Source: Phoronis australis
Lineage: Eukaryota > Animalia > Phoronida
DNA: 64,000 nucleotides
NCBI GenBank assembly: GCA_002633005.1
Contig: NMRA01000217.1
Span: 552,417 to 616,416, forward strand
Reading direction: 5' to 3'
Shown here: one piece after another, positions 1 to 12,385 of the stretch
How the letters are laid out: every line of letters begins with the position of its first letter
Numbering within the stretch: position 1 is the stretch's first letter
Position numbers and translations under genes: made by a program
The notes under the pieces: generated by a model
Seen by the model: the letters and a program-made list of their open reading frames with translations, nothing else
Told to the model about the DNA's origin: nothing
Databases searched by the model: none

Positions 1-300
1 TGCTGTCCACCCGCAAATTTGCATTTACAGTGTACACGTACGAAAGACAGCTGGGAGCAATCAACACGAAATAGCTGATGGGTTTCAAGTGTACATGTAA
101 ACAGTACGACTTACACGGCAGCACGTGACACCGCGGCATCCATGTTTGACACTGGTCTAATAGGTAAAGCGAGTTGCTCTCGATCAGTTGCTCCAATTAC
201 ACAAGTGGTGCACGGCGAAAAAATCATCTTTCACTACGCTTACGCAATTGCGTATATGCGGGTGATCCTCTAGCATTCCAAATGGTTTGGACGTTAGGCC

Positions 301-708
301 TACCCTCTGACACAGCGCCACCTTTTCTGAAAAGTGGCCCTGTGGAAATATGATGAACGACACACGGAATATTCCGTGTGTGGACAACAATGCGCTTGCT
401 TGGTCGGAAGTTTATGGATTACATCGCCACCACTTACAATCGCCTTCAATGTACTGTACTTGTTTGGGGTTAGCCACGGGATCGGGGTTCCTGTGATTTT
501 GTTTACTCCGATCACTATCCGTCTTAATAAATTGCAATTATTCAAGTCAAAGGTGGTCGCCATATTACGTAACAGTAAACTGAAAGGGGTTTCTCAGATT
601 TCAACCAATGGGAATGACTGAAAATTATGACGTCGGTTTCATTACTTTAACCAATAAGAAGCCATGATAAACAACATTCCACAATGCAACCTTTCGTAGC
701 ACTGTGAA
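301..708 (-). pseudogene. Decayed gene 5' region, copy 1 (duplicate at 3541-3963)
   Basis: Aligns to 3541-3963; ATG at 563; frameshift joins the two overlapping minus-strand ORFs of the track. Confidence 0.4.
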
Positions 709-3289
709 TGAGTGTATTTGGACGTTCGCTATTGTTTATGCGAGCATGCGCAGACAATCTTCGTGTAAAGACTCATGCTGATCCAGTTTGGGATCTAATG
801 TCGTATGAAAGCGCAAGTCGCTTCGTGACATCTCATGGGCGGCGCAGCACTGAAAAAGTGGAAGCTATAGCCCCCCAGCCCCCTACGGTGCGCCCCCTAT
901 GCAACTGACACCGTAACAACTGTCTTTCGTGTAAACGTGACTATATTGAAACGAGATGATTGGCTCACGGATGTGGTTTTCTTGGTACATTAAGGCGCTC
1001 AGGCCACCACCTATTGCTCATGACTTGACTCGGAAATTGACGAGCCACGTGCCTTAGTTCTATTAATATTCCCAGCTTCACGCGATTTGTGTGTGCCAAT
1101 TTTCGCCTCGTATCCCTAGAAATTTTCTTGGTTAAGATCGCAGACGTTCTTTTCTCATAAAGCACAGTTCTCCCGCGACATCATATTATTGGCCAGGCAC
1201 ATTTTCTTAAAAACGTGACTCACAAAAGTATACATGAAGTTCAAATTCACGAGCTACAGTCCACTGAGCTTGCAGATAAACTATCCACGAATCCGAATCT
1301 GGAAACTGCGGTTCACGAGAAAAGAAACACGTTAGTGTGAAAAAGACAGCTCTGCGTGAGAAAGGAAATTCGCCAGCTGTGAAATAACAGTATTCCTGGA
1401 AAAGAACGTTGTTCGTGAGAGAGGAGGACGGTCTTGAATTCTTTCTTTCTAGTGCCAAAGCTTTTTAACTTTAAATGTTAAATTGATGGATTGCCACAGT
1501 TGGGTTAATTTCAATTCGAGGCAGTATTTCATTATTTCTGTTTGATAATCAAATTAGTGCCAATAAACATGCGCAATAGGTACGGTAGTGTTTCTCAAAA
1601 TTTAGTTGAGAAGTTCAAAAAATTAAACAGGTTACTTCAAAAAGTGTAATGCTCTTAAATGAGCTGTAAGTAAAAGACATGTTCAATTATCTGAGGTTTA
1701 AAGCACACGATTGGCACCGATCGAGGCAGAAAACGTTGAAAATGGCGGAAATAGCAGAGAGCGCAAGATAGGACCAACAAAACATATCCCGAGTACCAGT
1801 GTTTAAATTAATTTACCTACAAGGTTTCCCTTCAATGTTTGGTCAGTTACAGTCAGTTTTTTCAGACTGGCCAATGAAAATGATTTTACTTGGCTTTGCA
1901 TTTTGTGATAGCACCTGCTTTGGAAGTCATACGGTAAAGATGTCTAGAGTGAAATTTCAGAGTCTAATAGTGTGAGAAATTAAAGGCCTAAAAAGCCAAA
2001 TCGAGTGTCAGTTTTTTAGTTAAACATAATTTGGAACTGAAAATTAATGTTTTTGGGTGTATCGCACCATCTTTTGATTGATGTTCAAACTTTCTAAAAA
2101 TATTGGAAATTGTACAAGTTTTCATTTGCAAACTACGGATTTTTAATACGAATATACAGGTAAGCGTTTAATGGGTTTACTGCCCTGAAAAAGCATTGAT
2201 AACAGTACAGCTTTTATGTGGTATCGTTGTTTCCTAACTAAGCATGTATCACCGGGGTAACTTCTCGTACACCAGGTGAAACTCGTGCGATTATGTTGCT
2301 ATTGCCATCTCCACTCAGCATACATGTACATTCGCATGTGCCATGGTTTCAACGGTCTTGCACATGTAGAATCTAATCACGGTAAGAAATATTAGGAGAC
2401 TGATTTATGAGAGTACACTGTAAAACGAATGATACGAGAAGCGTTTTATTCAGCTAAATATGGCGAGGGGTAGCCTTAACCTACACTTCAGATCTCCAGT
2501 GTAACGAAATTCACTTTACAAAAGGACTTTGAGAATATTTTTGTTCAAGATAAACATTATTTTATAAGGTGAATATCCGGCATGGGAAATTGAAGCACGC
2601 GTAACGAGAGGAGAAATCCAGAATGCTTTCTTTATACTTGTTGTAAAATAAAAAGACAATATTCAGAGAGCGTGAAATTCAATAACATCTCGAGTGTTTC
2701 CGGAGCAGTGTTCTATCGTGTCTTGATATCCGCCGCGTGTTCATTAATAGTCTATAAACTGCGGCAAATTATATCGGTTCGGAATTAACTAGTTAATCAA
2801 ATTCGCTAGAACGAATATTGGGGTTAATATCAAATCAGTTTGAACATCGGAGCTCTTGACACCCGTCAATCAAGGGTAAGATCTGAAAAGAATTTCCATT
2901 ATTCAGAGGGCCACTAAAGCAACATTACGCATTGTTTGCATTTTCGCCATCTTTTCGAGAATACTGACCGGAGAACCGTCAGCGTTACAAATGACGTTAA
3001 GCAAACGAGGACAGAAAGTGCTTTCCTTGCGTTAGAGAACTGCACATACGCAGTCGTATGTTTTAGTTAAACCCAACATGTTATTTTGTTAAGAAATCGT
3101 CGCCTGAAATTAAAGAAACAACTAAAAAGGCAATATTTCGATTTGGTTATGCTTCGTCGGATAGGCCATGTCATGCAATATTCACGTATTTGCGAAATTG
3201 GCTTGTGTCCATCTTGCAGACTTTTGTTTTCACTCGTTTTATAAAAAGACGAACTACTGTAATATAGCAGATTTTTTTTGTAACATCTC

Positions 3290-3963
3290 CCCCTTGTCTT
3301 AAGGTCTCAGAGTTCCCTCTTCGTTAGAAAATGCATGCTCAGGTAGAGATTTCAACCAGAAAAGGCACACTCAGTTCAGTCGCAAGGCGAATCTAGGCGC
3401 GTAGAAACCTGCTCAATTAGAGCGACACGTCTCGTATACACCTTCCATGATTGTAATGTCGCACATGGGCTACATGTTGTACGTAAGCTTCCAATGAAAT
3501 TATCCTTAAGATACGCGCGCTCCCGTAGTGCAGCGCTACTTAACCCCCTGACACAGCGTTACCTGCACTGAAAAGTGGCCCTGTGGAAACATGGTGAACG
3601 ACACACGGAACTCCGTGTGTGGGCATCAATGCGCATGCTTGGTCGGAAGTTTTTCGATCATATCATCGCCACTTGCACATGCCTTGTATGCACTATACTT
3701 GTTTGGGCTTAGCTACGGGATCGGAGTACCCCTGATTTTGTTTACTTCTTGAGTGCCCGTTTTAATAAATTTCAACTATCTAAGTCAAACGCGGTCGCCA
3801 TACTACCTACATGTAACAGTAAACTGAAAGGGGTTATTCAGATTTTACACGAATGGGAATGGAGTGACTGAATGTTATGACGTCGGTTTCATAATATTAC
3901 TTTAAATAATGAGAAGCCATGATAAACAACATTTCACAGTGCTACCTTTCGTAGCACTGTGAA
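3290..3963 (-). pseudogene. Decayed gene, copy 2
   Basis: ATG at 3801, early TGA and frameshifts; lesions differ from copy 1. Lower boundary is approximate. Confidence 0.35.
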
Positions 3964-4987
3964 AGAGTGCAGCGCTACCATTGCTGTGAGATCAGCATTG
4001 ACAGTGCCCGCTGCTTGTCTCTAGTGCGACTCAGACACGTTTTGCGCGGCGTTGGCTTATTGCCATCTTATAAGGTACAGGCGCCATTAATGGAGACTTT
4101 CAATTTAGTTAACAATAGCTTGATCTGTTATAAATCCCCACAGGAGTCGCCCCAGTGGGATATCTGCGTTTTTCTCTACAAACCTCGCCGGTTGGCAGAA
4201 ACATTTCAAGGTTTGCTTTATCGGTTCAATGAAAGCTTGATAGGTGCACAATGCACTCAGTACGCTCATGAAGTACATGTACGACGGCGACTGCAACCTG
4301 AAATCACTAATCATACAGCATATATAAATCACCGCATCATACAGCTTGAAATCAGTTGTTGAACTTTTGACATAAGTATTGTAAAAAAATATAAACCGCA
4401 CTGCCATATCACTAACCGGAAGCTGATTTCAGCTTAACTCACAGAAAAAACACCGGATTACATCAAAACAGTATTACATAAAAGCTAAAAAACAGAAGCT
4501 AAGACGACTTTCCTATTCATTTTTTCAGTGAAACAAAATAAAACTCTTTATCCATCGAAACACTCAAAAGTTTGAGAAAAAAATGAAAACTCATCACAAA
4601 GTCTGCTAAATGGGTAAGCGTGACCTATGCTTTAGGTCAGTTACACAACAGTAGCGAAAGACCACCCACCAAGAATCATAATATCTAATCTTTGCACCGT
4701 GAGTATGAGATTCAGTTAAATCCCGCTTTCATCACTTAAGTGGAAGCCAATGATCCATTAGCAGCTTAAAAAACGAGGATTGATTGAAATCACCAAAACA
4801 GGATTTAGTATCCTTTGGAATATTTCAAAACAATGCGTGATTCATAATGTTTTCTAGAAAATCTATCATCCGAGAGCCAACGAATATCGTGAAAAGAATT
4901 CACTAGGAGGCGCTAGTAAAGAGCCACGGCTGAAGAATACAAGGCATTCAGGGCTATCACCGTAGTTATGCCCGTGATCAAAGTTCT

Positions 4988-5146
4988 GCCTCCCGTTCAG
5001 TAACGCTAGGGCCTCGCTAAAAACCAAAATATCGCGAGATTACGTGAGATATTGCCGTGTACTTTAAATATGAACTTGTAAACTTTGGCTAGATTTTCGT
5101 TAGGTCCTAGCGTAGGTCCTAGCGTAATTGAACGCTGACGCACGCC
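4988..5146 (+). mobile_element. MITE, about 155 bp (Harbinger-like termini), copy 1
   Basis: TIR-like CGTTCAGTAACGCTAGGACCTAG ... CTAGGTCCTAGCGT.ACTGAACG; homologous to 6606-6757 and 23120-23273. Confidence 0.7.
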
Positions 5147-6605
5147 TGTTCTCAGCCTAGTTAGGTAATAAATTATCGCATAGGCGGATTTAGTGGGAGG
5201 GGGCGGGTCCCCCCGGGCCCCCCCCCCTTGGCTGCNCAGGCGACCGGCAGTGGCGCTGGGCATTACGCCTGCGTTTCCTTCGTCTGCTCCACTGTGCAAT
5301 GAAGAAAATTAGTAATACTTCATTTTTTAAAGAAAATAGCATCTGAGTGATGGTGAAAAAAAAACACAAGCTGCTGGTAAGATGTCAATTTTAATCGAAG
5401 CCATAGTGAATCCCACAGAAACTCCTAATTCTCTCTTTGTCAAACCTTAACTTAAGACGATTTCCAAAGCAATCGCGTCATTATTGCCAACACAAAAACG
5501 GATTTGGTCTTTTGGGCAATTGTACACTGTTTTAACTACAACAAATTTGCTACGAACTGATTGCACAAAATATATAACATGTAATAAGCATTACAAAAAG
5601 AAGGAGGTTTCGCGTGCAAACGCTGTGGACCATAAACAAGTAGGTCTCTTAGTATCAAAGAAGGAGTTACATCGTTGTGCTGCAGTGGTAAAACACGCGC
5701 GAACTATCCGCTAGGTCGTGAGTTCGAGTCTGTGGTATTTGCAGTTTTGCCTGATTGACACCTCCTTTTTTCGCCTTTTTTTCTTGCATAAAACGTCGGG
5801 AACCAAGGGAAATGCTTGATTTTTAGAGGAAAAAACAGAAAAATTTCCTGTGCTATGTGCATTTGCAATCGTGCTTTGAGCAAATGTTTACAGACAAAAT
5901 GTGGGCCCCTTGTGATATCTTAGATCCATCACTGTATTGACTGCTTAATTCATGAGCAACAACTAGTTTCCCAACTTCTAAAATATAAAATACTGTCTAC
6001 TTGCATTTCGCAGTGGCTCCCCGGAAACCGCATTTTCAATTCACACTGCAATGGACTTCAAGCCTGGATGGATGAATGACCAAAATTTCCTCGATACCCA
6101 CTTCTCTCTTATTCTTAGAATAAACCTAGGAACCAATGCTCCCGTAATAAACGAAGGGAGCAAATTACGACATTTAATTTCATCATGGCCACAGTCATAG
6201 TTTATGCCGGTGTTTACTTACACAACTATACGACTTGGTGTAGGTCGTGAGGGCCAAGACCCCACCGACTCTCCGTCATATTAACCGCTTTGAATCACGA
6301 ACTGCTGGCATGTAGACGGGCAGAACTATACTTTACTATATATTTGGTGCCGCTGTCAAATCAAACCATAAAGTGCAAATCCCGGGTTTTTGAAGTTATT
6401 AGCTTGATATGCCTCAATTGACATATACATGTAGCCTAGTTTTGTTAAGCATATAAACTTCCACTTTTGCACATTGCCGATGCTGTTATGGTTTACGGCT
6501 GAATCACTTTTGCCCTTACCCGAGTGTCAGTTCTGAGCGCGTGACGGCATAGGCAGTGTTAGCAATGACAACGAAGTTGACTGCAATGAAACGAGTAGGC
6601 CTACT

Positions 6606-6757
6606 GGCGTGCTTTCAGTAGCGCTAGTACCTTCGCTAGGACCTAGCTAAAATCTGGCCAGAATCACGTGTTCTCATTGACAATACACGACAATATCTCA
6701 CGTAATCTCGTGAAGTCTTGCTTTTTAGCGCGGTCCTAGCGTTACAGAACGAGGGTC
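6606..6757 (-). mobile_element. Same MITE, copy 2 (inverted)
   Basis: Reverse complement aligns to 23120-23273 (gcaagact..cgagattacgtgagatattg.cgtgtatt). Confidence 0.7.
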
Positions 6758-6953
6758 GGGAGTCAGTGATGTGAGAAGCAGCTCGGTGTTCGCTTGATTT
6801 ACACCTGTCACCAGCTCCTGCGAAAGCAGCGGGACTTGATCCTGAGACTGTCGTGGTTGTGCGACTCGTTGTACGGTGGTTGTAAAATGACGGCACCTTT
6901 TTCTCCGTTGCTTACGATAGACTTACTACATGTATCTCTATCGATAGAGTTAA

Positions 6954-8572
6954 AGTAGCAAGCCACCCAAAAAAATAACCTAATTTGTATCAAATTAGCT
7001 CGAGTCGTTCTACTCAATAACCGCACGTACGGTTGCGTTACCTGACACCTAACGGCAGACGGAGGTGTTGAAATTATTCAATGACGTCATTAGTTTCACA
7101 CGCCGTCTGAACGGTTCACCAGTTCACAACACGGGTTACTGGTGTCGGCTTATCGCTTGAATTCGTCGTTTAACACCAATAAATCATCGAACTTCGATGT
7201 AACACACCGAGTTCTTATAAAAACGTGTTGTTTTGTTTCGCTGTTAAGGATTTATTGGTATTTGGACACACCATAGCCTACAGAGTTCGGCAGGCAGTTG
7301 AGGGTCTGTTCAGAGATAAATTCGAAGAAGTATTCCGTGAGATACAGACAGGAGAACCTAGATCTGTGTTGTTTAGACTTGTGATTTTTTGAGTTCTAAA
7401 CAAACAAAACGCTTGTTATCCCGGCCAGAGGTTGGGAACCCGATCAGGCCCGTCGGGGCCGGACTGAAGACATTACGAACATAAACCAACCAAAGTTGGA
7501 AACTAAACTTCCAGTCCAGAAAATAATATACTAGTGAGCCAAAGAAGCCAAATATGCACGTGATTATGTTGGTGAATTAGCCACGAAACTTCAAATCTAC
7601 TTACTCGTGGGGGCCGCGAATTCAGGTTCCGTTTTGCCACAGAACTGCCAGGGCAGAAATTGTACATTGACAATCATTATTTGAATAATGTAAATGTAAA
7701 TAAAGAATCCCCTAACACCTGGCCGTGGGATAGAAATCGAGTTATTGTTTCACAACAGTTTCTGTCAGCAAACACTGAATTAGCATGAGCTCACATGGCC
7801 TCGGTGTCCGGTCAATTATTTTTATTGCACCTAAAGCCGGTAACGCAGTGGTTTAATCATTGCTGGCTTCTCAAAACATTTGCACTCTCGAATAGAGCAA
7901 AGGCATTGCAAATTGTATCTAACGAGACAGACTTTGTTTCAGTTTTATATAAGCATAGGTTAGGGTGACAATAATTGACTTTGAAACAGAACGCAGAATA
8001 ATAAACGTCAACATGGCAACTCGCAATCCCGACTTAGACGAGAGCTCATCCGACGAAGACTTCGCATGTGGATAGTAAAGTTTCACAGGCTATCAGTTTG
8101 AACCGGAATACAGTGATGATTAAATACTAGAGAGTCACCGTGAACGAGTTCAGGCAACGGTGCGTATGGATAGTTATTTGGTAAGCCTGCATTCATGAGT
8201 CTCACTGTCGACGACTGCAGGCTACAAACACGGAGGCGTTTGAATGGCCTCATACTTGCTATCTACAACGTACTATTCATTCTTCACTACCATGAGCCAC
8301 TTCATAAGCATTTCGGACTCTCAAGGAAGTCGAAAAACCCATATACCTGCTTTTCTCACAGCTGCATAGTTCGGACAAGCGGGAACGATGCACCACAATA
8401 TAGCGGCATTCACTCTGCAAATGAACCACTGACGTCACAGCGTCGTTTCTCAAATTCCTCACAGGTTAACGCGACACCTCTCGGCAAGGTACGATCGACC
8501 GTATACGAAGCGATGTGGATATAGACCGATTAAGACGGTAAAAAGAATAATTAAATCGGGGCGCATTCGCCT
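6954..8572 (+). mobile_element. Non-autonomous Kolobok-type element, older copy with eroded TIRs
   Basis: TTAA|AGTAGCAAGCCACCC ... GGGGCGCATTCGCCT|TTAA; colinear with 12386-14109 along its length. Confidence 0.8.
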
Positions 8573-8576
8573 TTAA

Positions 8577-8950
8577 TAACTCTATGAATAGACTCGCTAT
8601 ACATGTATCTATTGATAGACTGATTAACTCTATCGATAGACTTACTATCTCCATATATAGACGCACGAACTCTATCGACAACTTATTAACTCTATCGATA
8701 GACTTAATATTTCTATCAATAGACTTATTAACTCTATCGATAGACTTATTATCTCTATCGATAGACTTATTAACTCTATCGATAGACTTAATATCTCTAT
8801 CGATAGACTTATTAACTTTATTGATAGACTTATTTACTCAATTGATTGACTTACTATCTCTGTCGATAGACGTATTAACTATCGATAGACTTACTAACTC
8901 TGTCGATACAGTTAATAAGTCTATCGACATTCTTAGTAATTCTATCGTCA
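8577..8950 (+). repeat. 21-bp minisatellite (ATCGATAGACTTATTAACTCT)n with 12-bp palindrome TCTATCGATAGA
   Basis: Directly visible, roughly 17 degenerate units; related units also at 6913-6953 on the other side of the Kolobok insertion. Confidence 0.92.
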
Positions 8951-11900
8951 GAATTACGACATCGAGGTTCCTATCTCGGTTTCAAATCAAAATGGAGGAC
9001 CGAAACAAGCATATTGTCGATTTATTCAAGCTAGGACTGACTCAAAATGAATTAATATAGGTGCATGTGCTGATGGGTCGTTTTCGAGCGTCACTAAGCT
9101 CAAGGTAATAGCGACGTGTTTTGGTGACTTATGGACTTCGGGTCAGTTAAAAATGTCAGATTTTGATGAAGTTGTTCGTTTTGTTGACGAACAAGTCGCA
9201 ACTTCATGTCAGATGCACGGTTATAGATTTATGCACCAGTAGTGCGTAGCAAATGGTTTTACTGTACCACGGAAGACAATTCGGCAGTTGTTAACCTTCA
9301 GGAGCTGAAGCCAGACGTTGTAAACGGCTACATGTAGTTCTGAGGAGGTGTGGCCGGAGTCCGCGGTCCACGTACCGTTTGACATATGGGCTCTTGCAAG
9401 TTAAATCCATACGGTATTTCTTTTAATGGCTATATTGACGGTTATTCAAAATACGTACGTGTATTATGGCTTGAGGTCTACAAGACAAGCAGTGACCGAA
9501 GGGTCATTGCAGGCTATTGTCAGTATCGGCCGTTCGTAATTGAACTAAAGATGTCCAAAAAGGAGCCAATCGTGGTACGGGAAATCATTGCCACGTGGCC
9601 CAGGTGCAAAATTCTTACGTGAGGGTGACAACGATGTACTTGCGGAACAAAACAGCTTTATATATGGCCAACTCACCGCCAATTAACGTACTGAACCGTG
9701 GAGGGGATCCTCAGAAAAGAAAACAATAGATTTTGGATTTCACTTTTCTCACGTATTCCAAGGTCTAGGCATCTTTAATGGAGCAAAGCTTAATAAAGAA
9801 CATATTAGATTCTGTTTCATGGATATCGTACAAGTACGTACATGTACATGTACATACGGACATGCACAATTAAGTTTTGTCTGAGCCAGTGTTGTTGTAT
9901 GAAACTTCTTCAGTTTGATGGCAAAATGAATAAAAAAAGTTTGTTGGCGTTTTTTTGGCAGACCTTTAACTTACAATAACAATACAGATCTGCTCGCTCA
10001 CTGCACCTGCTACATCTTAAGATTTGTCGTTGATTAGCTTCGGAATTCAATTCCTTGACAAAAACCGTATGACTAGATTATAGGAATGGTGATTATTTTT
10101 AAAGCTGCGTCAAATGCACAGCAGTGGCCTCTCAGGCTTAATAAAGTTTTTGACGGTGAATTACGAGTAATGGGACAATGGCTGCGCCGTTTGATGAAAT
10201 GCAATTGGCGGGTTTATCGATGTCAGGAATAAGTCAGGTACATGTAGTGAGGTGCTCATTTTATTTGCATTGACGTCTGGATTTGTTCTTTTGAAACATA
10301 TCGTAATTACCGTGACCGCTTCCGTCTGGGTAAGGTGACAGGGGGGTGATGGTATGGTAACTTATCTCGTTTCTTGGTCAAGAAAAAAAAAAAGAATTCT
10401 GTTACCATTACAAAAAGCTCTTTTGGTTTAAACTCCAGACCACAGCAGTTTCCAAATCGAGGCAGGCTAAATCAGTGTAGTCCATTGTTAAGCGTTCCCA
10501 CGGCCATTTGCCCTGCATCACGACTCGGCTAATTATGTACCGCGATTCAAAGACTGTTATGCAACTACCTTGATCAACCCAGCCGAAACCCAATGCATAC
10601 AGTTTTGATAAAAATTCGCTAACACAACTGTTAACGAGGAATTCAATTCAGTAGGAACTAAACAACACAAAAACTTACCAGTTTTAGTCCACCATACATC
10701 AATTAATCTCATTGCTTTATACCGTGACGTCATCACTAATGTAGTGCTTTTTCCACAAAAAACACTTACAATAGATGGGCGTTCATGCTAAACAGGCTTC
10801 TTGAAGACAGCGGCTACTCTTCAAATCTATTGGTGAACTTCAAGACGTCGTTGAAGGGGCCAAGCTTCTAATGTGGTTTTGAAACATTCTCATAATGGAT
10901 TATGGCCTCAAACTTGTTCAGGAGTGCGGTCATTATTACACTACTGCAGTCTGAAAAACGACATAGTGACCTAAGTGAGTCAGCAAATGTATTCATCAAA
11001 ATAACGAATTCTAAGCCATGTACGAGCAACTTCTTTTGTCAAACTTGACGAAGATTTTATCATGACTAAAAATATTATTCGGAAATTTAATAGTCTTAAA
11101 AGCGGTTAGTACTGAGAAGAGCCTGTAAGCAAAACGAAACTATAGCGTAAGACAGGTAACGTGTACAACTTTAGTAAAACCAATTTTACTACTGAAAACA
11201 CATCTTACCTTGTTTACTTTTTAGTTTTATTTTACTTAGAAACTTAGTGCATACGTTTAGTGAACTAATCATTTAGATAGCTCCTAAAGCGGGTAAATTC
11301 TGTGGCAAGCAAATAGTAAGCTATACCCTGTGTTTCACAACTGTAAATTGGTGTTTTACATATCCGCTACTCTGACGCACCTAGTTTTACACCCACTGGA
11401 TGTACGCGACACAAAAACGCTTATTACCTTCCAAAGTAGTCGGTAAGATTCCTTGTGGTAACATAACGGAGAACATTCTGTGTAAGCCCACACACAAAAC
11501 AATGGCCTGTCAGATGAAAATGAGTTAATTACACGGACATTTGTCACATTATCTTCTCAAGAACTTTGTTTTTCTCAAGTCAGTAATTGCCACATGACGT
11601 GTTAATCAATTGCAAAAATTGCCTCATTGAAAAATTTCCACCTAGTCACAAGTCAAAGCAGCAATAAAGACGCCTTCAGTTACAAAAAGCATCTTTTTGT
11701 TTAGATCATTTAAGGCTGTCATGGTTACAGCTCTAGAAAGACCTGAAATGGAAATCACAAACTTAACTCTAAAAAATGTTGTGAACTTTTCCTTCCCAAG
11801 ACAGCAATTGATTTCTCTCTAGCATTACAAGGAATTGAAGGAACACTTGACATTGACTTGAAATGACCCAATCTTGATGGAGTGGTATGTCACGTAAAAA

Positions 11901-12385
11901 TAATGGCTTTTTGAAAATTCATTGTACTTACAAACGCCCAGTTTGGAGAGTTATCGTCATCGTTTTGTGTCTTTCGTTCAGTTCAAAAAACTCCCGTTTT
12001 GTTTCATCTCGAGACGAGCCTAATCCAGATAGAATCAAGTCCATTGTCAGTTCGCTGGTTTCGTGCCCTTTTGTACAGCATCACGACTCGCAGGCCAACC
12101 CACCACCGTGACGGTTCAAAGATTACAAAGACGATTCATCAACGAGTATAATAACCCGACAGGTCCATTTTGACAACTTTTTAATTCTACTTAGTCTTCG
12201 AGTAAAAAGATCTAGTTAACTTTTCGCGAGGAATTCTATATCAGAAGCCAAACATTTCGATAAATTAATTTTAGCTCATTTTACAGCCAGTGCTATGAAA
12301 CCGTAGCTACATGTACATAATGGGTTTGTCCTCTAGTCCAGACCATAGGACCGAAGAAGAAACCCCGATACACACGCCTCTTTAA

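Larger units (their letters stand above)
6913..9835 (+). mobile_element. Decayed IS3EU-like (integrase-core DDE) DNA transposon, interrupted by the Kolobok copy at 6954-8572
   Basis: Frameshifted peptides from about 8992: MEDRNKHIVDLFKLGLTQNE, FVDEQVATSCQMHGYRFMHQ, KLNPYGISFNGYIDGYSK..LWLEVYKTSSDRRVIAGY, SFIYGQLTAN*RTE, GILRKE..FWISLF, IRFCFMDIVQ. Candidate 5' terminus TACGATAGACTTA; no right end found. Superfamily name from recall of the motif pattern. Confidence 0.6.

Noticed and set aside
990-2479. Possible additional TTAA-flanked element (ttaaggc ... gccttaa)
   Set aside because: Inverted match beyond 7 bp is too weak to call.
5680-5735. tRNA-like A and B boxes (also 35133-35192)
   Set aside because: No acceptor stem or cloverleaf; likely SINE-derived remnants, not tRNA genes.
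8584-9060. 158-aa ORF of SIDLLTL heptads (leucine-zipper-like); array also superficially CRISPR-like
   Set aside because: Translation of a 21-bp minisatellite; no unique spacers, no cas genes, eukaryotic context.
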